This document shows, in pieces, positions 53,620 to 60,925 of a DNA stretch of 64,000 nucleotides (its first letter is position 1; each line of letters opens with the position of its first letter). The position numbers and the translations under genes were made by a program. Location of the stretch: positions 9,386 through 73,385 of the forward strand of contig WTFV01000155.1 in the NCBI GenBank assembly GCA_011523845.1, written 5' to 3'. The notes under the pieces were generated by a model. That model ran no database searches. It worked only from the letters and a program-made list of their open reading frames with translations, and had not been told where the DNA came from. Origin of the DNA: Acidobacteriota bacterium. GTDB lineage: Bacteria > Acidobacteriota > Vicinamibacteria > Vicinamibacterales > UBA8438.

Positions 53620-55778
53620 CGGGATTCCCTGTCCGGCAGCCGGCTGGCGAGGAACTCCGCCAGCAGGAGGCTGCGTTGCACGAGGGTGATGCGCTTGACC
53701 GCTTCCTGCGGCGTGCGCAGGCCGCGGGCAACCGGTCCGAGCGCACAGACGCAGGCCTTGTCGGTCGGTACGAGGCCCGCGACCGACGGCCCGGCAGACG
53801 AGCCCCGCTCGAGAGCGAAGTCCAGGTCGGAAGCCACGCGGGCCAACTCGCCGGCCAGACGCCGACCCGCCGGGCGTTCCTCGAACGCCGGGCGCGTGGT
53901 CGCGGTCACCAGCTCGTGGCGCGGACCGCCCTTGCCGAGAATGGCGCGCATCTTGCGCGCCACCGCGTCGCCGGTGGCCGCCGTCGGAAAGGTCTCCACG
54001 ATGTCCGCGGTCACCCGATGCGGCAGGTGCAACGGGTGGCGTTCCGTGCGGAGGCCGGTCGTCGCGACCGCTATGCGGTCCGCCTGCGAGGAGATCTCCG
54101 CGATCTCCTCCAGCTTCCGCCACGTCCACCGCAGCGCGTCGGGTTTCCTGAACGCCCGTCCCAGCCACATCGATTCGGTCTCCACCTGGAGCCGGAACGT
54201 CCGCTGGCCGCGCCGTTGCAGCACGACCTTGTCGGGGTCCAGGCCGGGCTGCAGGACGAGCACCTCTCTGGCGCGCACCGCGGCGGCCCGGATCTCGTCG
54301 GCGCTGTAGCGGGCGTCCTGGCCCTCGTCGGCGTAGTACAGCACGCCCAGGGGAATCTGCGGCAGACGCCGCAGGCTGCGCAACGCGCGCAGCGCATACT
54401 CCAGCATCACGAGCGGCGCCCGCGACGTTGCGATGCCCTCGCCGTGCAGCCACTCCGGATCGCGGCGGAACGCCTGCGCGGGGAACTGATGCTCGACCGG
54501 CACGTCCAGGTTGCCGATCAGGAGCACGCCGTCGTCGAGGCCCGCCTTCGTCTGCCACGTCGCCACGACGCCCTCGTCGGACAGCTCCGGCACCTCGCGC
54601 AAGCCCAGGTCCTCGAACAGCGTCGACAGCTCCTTGAAGCCCTTCTGCATGCCGAGCGGATCGGTCGTCCGGCTCTGCACCCTGACCCAGTCGGCCAGTC
54701 GCCGCTCCATCCGATCGCGGCGCGCCGTGATGAACGTCGACAGGTGCGTGCTCGGATCCGATGCGGACGGCGCCAGCGTCGGCGGGCTTGGCGTGCCGTA
54801 GTACCGGGCGCTCGCCACCTCGACCAGCCGGTTGATGAACTTCGAGAAGTCGAGGCCGACGTGCTCGGCTCCCACCAGGTAGGACCCATGCTCGCCGAGG
54901 CTCGGGAGGCTGTTGATCTCCAGGATGTAGAGCTTGCCCTCGCCGTCCAGCCGCATGTCGACGCGGGCGCAGTCGCAGCACCCCACCGCGACGAAGGCGC
55001 GCCGGGCGAGCTCCTGCGCCTCCGCGGTCAGCGCGTCGCCGAGCGGGGCCGGACAGGCGTGCGAGATCGACCGGCCGCTCTTGCCCGTCTTGTCCTCGTA
55101 GGTATAGATGGCAGGTCCTTCCTCGCCGAACATCAGCTCCACGGGCGGAAAGGCATCCGGCGGATCGTTGCCGAGCAGGCCGACGTTGACCTCGCGGCCC
55201 TCGATGAACTGCTCGACCAGCACCGGTTGCCGGAACTCGTCGAAGATTACCCTGGCGGCCGCCCGCATCTCCGCCTCGTCGTCGACGACCTTGAGGCCGA
55301 ACGAGACCGCCTCGTTCTTCGGCTTCACGATGAGCGGATAGGCCAGCTCCGAGACCTCCGCATCGGGCGTGTGGAGCACCGCGAAGTCGGGTGTCGGCAG
55401 GCCGTGCTGCCGCAGGATCATCTTGGTGACGACCTTGTCGAGACACAGCGAGTGCGCCAGCGGACCGGACGCGACGTAGGGAATGCCCACCATCTCGAGG
55501 ATGCTCGGCACGTGCGTGTACCGCGCCTGCCCCTGCACGCCGTACGAGACGTTGAAGACGAGGCCCGGCCGCTCGCCCTTGACCACCCGCGGCATGAATT
55601 CCTCGAGCCGCGCGACCAGGTCCTTGTCTCCCTCCATCGCGACCACCTGATGTCGGCCCGCCTTGAGGGCGGAGACGAGCCGGCCGATGGTCTTCAGCGC
55701 GATAGTCTCGCGGTTCGGCATGCCGAACAGATTGATGACGTTGCCGGTCCCGCGGTTGTAGACGACGGCGATCTTCAT
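53616..55778 (-). CDS. Fusion protein: D-Ala-D-Ala-ligase-like ATP-grasp domain + M20-peptidase-like domain with substituted metal ligands
   Basis: ATG at 55778 preceded by GAGGAGAGC. The N-terminal half is Ddl-like (MKIAVVYN..., YPLIVKPKNEAVSFGL, VEQFIEGREVNVGLLG, YILEINSLPSLG). The C-terminal half has M20 topology but reads LLIGNLDVPV, GEGIATSRA, YYADEGQDA and GPVARGLRTPQE where H/D/EE/H are expected. Confidence 0.75.
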   Translation of the reverse strand: MKIAVVYNRGTGNVINLFGMPNRETIALKTIGRLVSALKAGRHQVVAMEGDKDLVARLEEFMPRVVKGERPGLVFNVSYGVQGQARYTHVPSILEMVGIPYVASGPLAHSLCLDKVVTKMILRQHGLPTPDFAVLHTPDAEVSELAYPLIVKPKNEAVSFGLKVVDDEAEMRAAARVIFDEFRQPVLVEQFIEGREVNVGLLGNDPPDAFPPVELMFGEEGPAIYTYEDKTGKSGRSISHACPAPLGDALTAEAQELARRAFVAVGCCDCARVDMRLDGEGKLYILEINSLPSLGEHGSYLVGAEHVGLDFSKFINRLVEVASARYYGTPSPPTLAPSASDPSTHLSTFITARRDRMERRLADWVRVQSRTTDPLGMQKGFKELSTLFEDLGLREVPELSDEGVVATWQTKAGLDDGVLLIGNLDVPVEHQFPAQAFRRDPEWLHGEGIATSRAPLVMLEYALRALRSLRRLPQIPLGVLYYADEGQDARYSADEIRAAAVRAREVLVLQPGLDPDKVVLQRRGQRTFRLQVETESMWLGRAFRKPDALRWTWRKLEEIAEISSQADRIAVATTGLRTERHPLHLPHRVTADIVETFPTAATGDAVARKMRAILGKGGPRHELVTATTRPAFEERPAGRRLAGELARVASDLDFALERGSSAGPSVAGLVPTDKACVCALGPVARGLRTPQEAVKRITLVQRSLLLAEFLASRLPDRESR

Positions 55779-56131
55779 GTGCTCTCCTCGGGTCTCCGGA
55801 CGTCCACTCGTCCAGCGTCGGCAGCGCCGCCGGTGCACCTGGGGCCGCCGGTTCGTCAGGCGGGTCGAACGCTAAGGAAATCGGGACGTGTGACTTCGCG
55901 CAAGGTCGCCGCGGGGCCGCATCGAGACGCCGTGCAGGCGCGGTGGACCATCACCGGCCAAGTGCGGCTTGTGCTCCGCAAGGGGGGCCGCCCGACGCCT
56001 CGGCCGGCCGCCGCCTTGGCGTTCGATCACGATAGCATGGCCATCCTTCGACCGACCACGACCATCCGGCGCGCATCCGGCTGGACGCGGTTTCGCGCCG
56101 ACGGGCGCATTGGGAGTAACGTGGAACAGAG

Positions 56132-56613
56132 ATGCAGCCGTTCACGCGGGGCCGGTCACGGCTCGGAATCGGGCTCGTCGTGGCCGCGACGGCGGCAATG
56201 TTGCTCGGTGCGGCCTTCTCGGCCCGCTGGGGGACGAAGCGCTGACCGCCCGCCTGAGCGCCGACGCGGCGGATCTGGCAGACCTGTTCGCCGCGACGTA
56301 CGGACCGCGGACGGGCTCACCCGCCACGGAGGCGGCCGGGGACGTTGCGCTCTCGCTGGCGGCCACGGGAACGCCGCACGCCATCGATCTGGTCATCTGG
56401 CGTCCGGTCTCGGCGTACCGGCGGCCGACCGAGTCGATTGGAAACGTCGGCGGCATCGCCCGCATCCGCGACTCGCCGGGAATCGTGTACGACCGGCGTC
56501 TCGGAACCGGCCGGCCACTCGTGGGGTGGTGGTACAATCCGCTCTCGAGGACGCGACAAGCCCGGCCGAGGGGTCAGACCGCCCGCCGGGTGACGGACGG
56601 GTGCTCGACATGA
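56132..56613 (+). pseudogene. Small exported protein gene with an apparent -1 frameshift in a G5 run (56229-56233)
   Basis: The ATG at 56132 gives signal-like MQPFTRGRSRLGIGLVVAATAAMLLGAAFSARWG and then stops at 56243. With one extra G the frame joins DEALTARLSADAADL...WWYNPLSR, ending at a TGA at 56611-56613. That stop overlaps the next ATG (ATGA). Confidence 0.45.
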
Positions 56614-57848
56614 CTCGCCGGTTGCGTCTCGTCCTCCTGACGGTCATCATCGGGTTGCAGCTCTCGCTGCTCACGATCGGGATCGGCCGCGACTATCGCC
56701 TGAAGCACGAGGACAACAACGCGCTGCACGCGACGTTCGCGCGGTCCCACGTGCAGCTCGGCCTGGGCACTACCCGGGGGCAGAACTACTTCCATTCGCC
56801 CGCGACGGCATCGGGCGAGGCGTACGCGAACCATCCGCCGGGCCCGGGCCTGGCGCTGGCGGTCGTCTATTCCCTGACCGGGCGCGACGGGCCCGTTGTC
56901 ACGCGAGCGACCGCGGTCGCCTTCCATGTGCTCTCCACGGTTCTGTTCTTCGGCCTCGCCTGTCGGATCCTGGGACGGGGCAGGGAAGCGCTGTTGGCGA
57001 CGTCGGTGTTCGTTCTGCTTCCCGAGTCGGCCTTCTTCGGCCGCATGATGAACCACGAGGTCCTCGGGCTTCCGGCAGCGATTCTGCTGGTCCGGAGTTG
57101 CTGGGAATCCATGCAGGAACGGACCGACGCACCGCGCTGGCGGGCCGGTTGCGCGGTCGCCTGCATCTGGGGCGCCCTGGCCGGCTGGGCCGGTTTCTTC
57201 GTGATCGCTGCCTGCGCGCTGTACGCGGCATGGGAGGGGCTGGGCAGGCGCAACCCGCGCGCGCGCGGCACGCTGTGGTTGCTGCTGGTTCTCGGCGCCC
57301 TGTTGTTCACGATGGACGTGGCCCATCTGCTGTGGGTCGCCGACGGCGGGTTCGGCTACCTGCGCGAACTGCTGACGTCGCGGATGAGCGTGGCCGGCGA
57401 TCAGGGAGCGGCGTGGACGGCTGGACGGCTACTGGAGCAGCACTGGCGGTACTTCAGCCTGACGGGACTGGTGGCTGTCGCCGCATTGGGATACCGCGGC
57501 CTGCGGGGCCTCCACGCCGCGGCTCCGAGCAATCCACCGGTAGCGGTGGGCCTGATCTTCCTGATTGCCGGCGCCGGCTACGTCGCCGCGTTCAGCCTCA
57601 ACGCCGCGAGACACGACTACTGGCAGTTCTTCCTGTTGCCGGCCAGCGCGATAGGCGTGACGTTGGCGTATCGCTGGCTGATCGAGGCAGCCGGCCGACC
57701 CTCGCGCCGGTGGGCCCACCTGGCCCTCCTGATCGTCGCGACGGTCGAATTCACGCTGACCGCAGGCTTCACGCTCGCCCAGCGGCACCTGAACAGCGAG
57801 GGCTACTGCATCGAGACAGTGGAGAGGCTGCGCCGCGACGCGTTGTGA
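56610..57848 (+). CDS. Polytopic membrane protein, GT-C (ArnT/PMT_2-like) glycosyltransferase candidate
   Basis: ATG at 56610 in the frame of ORF 53550..57848. It is 412 aa with about 9-10 hydrophobic segments. The first loop, RDYRLKHEDNNALHA, resembles the GT-C acidic loop. Confidence 0.5.
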   Translation: MTRRLRLVLLTVIIGLQLSLLTIGIGRDYRLKHEDNNALHATFARSHVQLGLGTTRGQNYFHSPATASGEAYANHPPGPGLALAVVYSLTGRDGPVVTRATAVAFHVLSTVLFFGLACRILGRGREALLATSVFVLLPESAFFGRMMNHEVLGLPAAILLVRSCWESMQERTDAPRWRAGCAVACIWGALAGWAGFFVIAACALYAAWEGLGRRNPRARGTLWLLLVLGALLFTMDVAHLLWVADGGFGYLRELLTSRMSVAGDQGAAWTAGRLLEQHWRYFSLTGLVAVAALGYRGLRGLHAAAPSNPPVAVGLIFLIAGAGYVAAFSLNAARHDYWQFFLLPASAIGVTLAYRWLIEAAGRPSRRWAHLALLIVATVEFTLTAGFTLAQRHLNSEGYCIETVERLRRDAL

Positions 57849-57979
57849 CCCCGGGCGGTGCGTGGCGCCCCGCGGTCCGCGAGACGGCCTGCACCCGTGC
57901 CGTAACCGGTTCGACGGTCCCGCAAGGCGCAGGACCGGCCGTTGAACGCATTGCTGCGGTCGTGGAACGGTCCTGCGGC

Positions 57980-58426
57980 TCAGAGAATCGGCCTCCGCTC
58001 GCAGCCGTCGCAGGGGTACGTCCTGTCGCGCTCGCCGCCCGAGCGGACCACGAACGACAGGTCGTTGCCGGGCGCGCTGCAGATGATCTCGAATTCGTAC
58101 GACTCTCCGGTCATGATTCCATCCGGAAACGTGTGCTCACACGTGCGCCGGGAGGCCGTCTCGCCGCGCCAGATCAACACCTCGACGCGCGGATACGGTT
58201 CGTCGGTGGCCGGCGTGCCCGGGTCCGCGAGCTGGAGCGATCCGGTGATTCTGCGGCCCATGGGATTGCCGGTCTCCGGGTTCATCGCGATTTCCACCTG
58301 GACATCGCTCACGGTCGCGGTCGGGTTCGGGGGCGGCGGCGAACAGGCGACCGACAGGGTCACCACCGCCGCCGCAAGCAGGCGCAGGCCGAGTTCCGGA
58401 CCGGGCTGTTCATCTCGATCTCGCAT
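57980..58426 (-). CDS. Lipoprotein (148 aa), hypothetical
   Basis: ATG at 58426 preceded by AGGAGGTGAG. It has the lipobox LSVAC, followed by four further Cys. Confidence 0.55.
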   Translation of the reverse strand: MRDRDEQPGPELGLRLLAAAVVTLSVACSPPPPNPTATVSDVQVEIAMNPETGNPMGRRITGSLQLADPGTPATDEPYPRVEVLIWRGETASRRTCEHTFPDGIMTGESYEFEIICSAPGNDLSFVVRSGGERDRTYPCDGCERRPIL

Positions 58427-58488
58427 TCTTCTCACCTCCTTCGGAGCACGCAGGAGACCCGGCGCTCCGTGCCTGACTGATGATAGCA

Positions 58489-58640
58489 GCCCGTGGCGAA
58501 GGCCCCGCTGCATTCGAGCGGCGCTGCATTCCGCGTGGACGGCGTTGCTCCGCGGTCGAACATGCCCGATATGCTCCCTCGTGGCGCCTTGCCACGCGAG
58601 CGCCTCGCCGCTCTCGGCGCCACGCGGGGTTTCACCGCGG
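58489..58640. repeat. Family-C ~152-bp MITE-like element, second full copy
   Basis: It aligns along its length with 19939-20094 at high identity by eye. Ends are GCCCGTGGCGAAGGCCCCGC and GCGGGGTTTCACCGCGG. Confidence 0.75.
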
Positions 58641-58807
58641 ACTGCCGGCGCACGGCATCGCGCGAGTCGGCCGCGGGCGCCGGCCGGGCGGGCCGCCGCA
58701 GCCGCCGGTGCACGGCATCCCGCCACTCTCCTGGGGGCGTCGGCGGGGACGATCGCGTTCGCGGGAGTAGTGGCAGAAATTTATGAAGTTGTAGACAATT
58801 ATAAATC

Positions 58808-58837
58808 TTGCTACTACGCGTGCCGACGCGGTAGAAT
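58808..58837 (+). promoter_or_regulatory. Candidate ilv operon promoter TTGCTA - 18 nt - TAGAAT, preceded by an AT-rich UP-like tract
   Basis: Read directly. The AT-rich AAATTTATGAAGTTGTAGACAATTATAAATC at 58777-58807 is exceptional in this GC-rich window. Confidence 0.45.
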
Positions 58838-58868
58838 GAGCCTGCCGCTGGAGGCGGCTGCGCGACCC

Positions 58869-58952
58869 ATGAACATCATCCGGCAGCTTCCCGGCAGCGC
58901 CACGGTCATCGTTATCGTGGCCGGCGCGATTGCGCCGGCCGCCAACGGATGA
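58869..58952 (+). CDS. ilv leader peptide (27 aa) MNIIRQLPGSATVIVIVAGAIAPAANG
   Basis: Short ORF with GGAGG 14 nt upstream. It contains 5 Ile and 3 Val, including the run TVIVIVAGAI. It sits between the promoter and a terminator hairpin, directly upstream of ilvD. Confidence 0.6.
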   Translation: MNIIRQLPGSATVIVIVAGAIAPAANG

Positions 58953-58988
58953 TGTTCCCCACACCATCGAATACCAGAGACGACGAGG

Positions 58989-59021
58989 GGCCATCATCCG
59001 ACACCGGGTGATGGCCTTTTT
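58989..59021 (+). terminator. Attenuator terminator GGCCATCATCC-GACACC-GGGTGATGGCC + TTTTT
   Basis: 11-bp stem (one G-U) followed by T5. The alternative pairing GGATGATG (58947-58954, spanning the leader stop codon) with CATCATCC (58992-58999) would act as an antiterminator. Confidence 0.6.
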
Positions 59022-59024
59022 GCT

Positions 59025-60689
59025 ATGACCACACGCAAGAGCGCCGCGATCACCGAGGGTCCGAGCCGCGCGCCGGCCCGCGCCATGCTGAAGGCGGTCG
59101 GTTTCACCGACGCCGACCTGCGCCGGCCGATCATCGGCGTGGCGAACACGTGGATCGAGATCGGGCCGTGCAACTACCACCTGCGCGATCTCGCAGAGGA
59201 GGTGAAGACGGGCATCCGGGCTGCCGGCGGGACGCCGATGGAGTTCAACACGGTGTCGATCTCCGACGGCATCACGATGGGCAGCGAGGGGATGAAGGCC
59301 TCGCTCGTCAGCCGCGAGGTGATCGCCGACTCCATCGAGCTGGTCGCGCGCGGCAACCTCTTCGACGGCATCGTGATCCTGGTCGGCTGCGACAAGACGA
59401 TCCCCGGCGGCGTGATGGCGCTGGTGCGGCTCGACATCCCCGGGCTGGTGCTGTACGGCGGTTCGATCGCCCCCGGACGGTGGGAAGGGCGCGACGTGAC
59501 GATCCAGGACGTTTTCGAGGCGGTCGGGACCCACGCGGCGGGAAAGATGACCGACGAGCAACTTTGCGCGCTCGAGGACGTCGCCTGCCCGGGGCCCGGG
59601 GCCTGCGGGGGCCAGTTCACCGCCAACACGATGTCGACGGTGTGCGAGCTGCTCGGCGTCTCGCCCATGAGCGCCAACGGCGTGCCGGCCATGGAGGCGG
59701 AGAAGGGCGAGGTCTCCCGCCGTGCCGGCGCGCTGGTCATGAATCTGGTGAAGAAGGACCTTCGGCCGCGGCGGATCGTGACGCGGGACGCGCTCGACAA
59801 CGCCATTGCCGCGGTCGCCTCGACCGGCGGCTCGACCAACGCCGTCCTGCACCTGCTGGCGATTGCCCACGAGGCGGGCGTCGACCTGAAGATCGAGGAT
59901 TTCGACCGCGTCAGCGAGCGCACGCCGCTGCTCGCCGATCTGAAGCCGGGGGGACGCTTCGTCGCTACCGACCTGTACCGGGCGGGCGGGATCGGACTGG
60001 TGGCCAGACGGCTGAGCGAGGCCGGCTTGCTCAACCGTGGTTGCGTCACGGTGACCGGGCAGACCATCGGCCAGGTCGCCGATGCGGCGGTGGAGACCGC
60101 CGGCCAGGAGGTGGTGCGGCCGGTTTCCGATCCGATAACCCCGACAGGCGGCCTCGTCATCCTCAAGGGGAACCTGGCCCCGGACGGCTGCGTGGTGAAG
60201 GTGGCGGGACACGAGCCGGCGACGCACCGCGGGCCGGCGCGCGTGTTCGACAGCGAGGAAGGCGCCTTCGAGGCGGTCGAGCAGGGCCGGATCCGACCGG
60301 GCGACGTGGTGGTGATTCGCTACGAGGGGCCGAGCGGCGGGCCGGGCATGCGGGAGATGCTCGGGGTGACCGCGGCCATCGTCGGGGCGGGGCTCGGCGA
60401 ATCGGTGGCGCTGTTGACCGACGGCCGGTTCTCGGGCGCCACCCGCGGCATGATGGCGGGGCACGTGGCGCCGGAGGCGGCCCGCGGCGGGCCGATCGCG
60501 GTGGTGCGGGACGGGGACACGATTCTGTTCGACGAGCGCAACCGGAAGCTGCAGCTCGAAGTGGGCGACGAAGAGATGCAGGCGCGGCTGGCCGCCTGGC
60601 GTGCGCCGGAACCGCGCTTCAGGAGCGGCGTGATGGGCAAGTACGCGCGGCTCGTCTCCTCGGCTGCGACAGGTGCGGTGACGAACTGA
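59025..60689 (+). CDS. ilvD: Dihydroxy-acid dehydratase
   Basis: 554-aa ORF containing IGVANTWIEIGPCNYHL, GCDKTIPG and TDGRFSGATRG. Confidence 0.95.
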   Translation: MTTRKSAAITEGPSRAPARAMLKAVGFTDADLRRPIIGVANTWIEIGPCNYHLRDLAEEVKTGIRAAGGTPMEFNTVSISDGITMGSEGMKASLVSREVIADSIELVARGNLFDGIVILVGCDKTIPGGVMALVRLDIPGLVLYGGSIAPGRWEGRDVTIQDVFEAVGTHAAGKMTDEQLCALEDVACPGPGACGGQFTANTMSTVCELLGVSPMSANGVPAMEAEKGEVSRRAGALVMNLVKKDLRPRRIVTRDALDNAIAAVASTGGSTNAVLHLLAIAHEAGVDLKIEDFDRVSERTPLLADLKPGGRFVATDLYRAGGIGLVARRLSEAGLLNRGCVTVTGQTIGQVADAAVETAGQEVVRPVSDPITPTGGLVILKGNLAPDGCVVKVAGHEPATHRGPARVFDSEEGAFEAVEQGRIRPGDVVVIRYEGPSGGPGMREMLGVTAAIVGAGLGESVALLTDGRFSGATRGMMAGHVAPEAARGGPIAVVRDGDTILFDERNRKLQLEVGDEEMQARLAAWRAPEPRFRSGVMGKYARLVSSAATGAVTN

Positions 60690-60823
60690 GCACGGCTGGT
60701 GTCGTCGGCCGCGACGGGTGCGGTGACGAACCGAGCGGCTGGTGTCGTCGGCCGCGACCGATGCGGTGACGAACCGAGCGGCTGGTGTCGTCGGCCGCGA
60801 CGGGTGCGGTGACGAACCGAGCG
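60651..60823 (+). repeat. Four tandem units (45+43+43+~42 bp) copying the ilvD 3' end
   Basis: The native end CTCGTCTCCTCGGCTGCGACAGGTGCGGTGACGAACTGAGCACGG is followed by three copies of CTGGTGTCGTCGGCCGCGAC(G/C)(G/A)(G/T)TGCGGTGACGAACCGAGCGG. In the copies the TGA is changed to CGA. Confidence 0.85.
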
Positions 60824-60925
60824 CCGCGACCGGCCACCGGCGAGGTGAAGAAACCGATTGGGCCGGCATCGGGGACAGCCGGCGCTCACCGCCGAGATAT
60901 CGGCAACAGGAAGCAGGAACAGGCG

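Noticed and set aside
51850-55446. 1198-aa ORF suggesting a giant GGT fusion
   Set aside because: The N-terminal ~600 codons are an alternative frame of the ATP-grasp/M20 gene with junk composition. The GGT similarity begins shortly after the GTG at 53619, which also gives a 4-nt overlap with the upstream stop.
60651-60823. Possible CRISPR array (regular short direct repeats)
   Set aside because: The units are contiguous with no spacers. They derive from the ilvD 3' end, and no cas genes are nearby. This is a tandem duplication, not a CRISPR.
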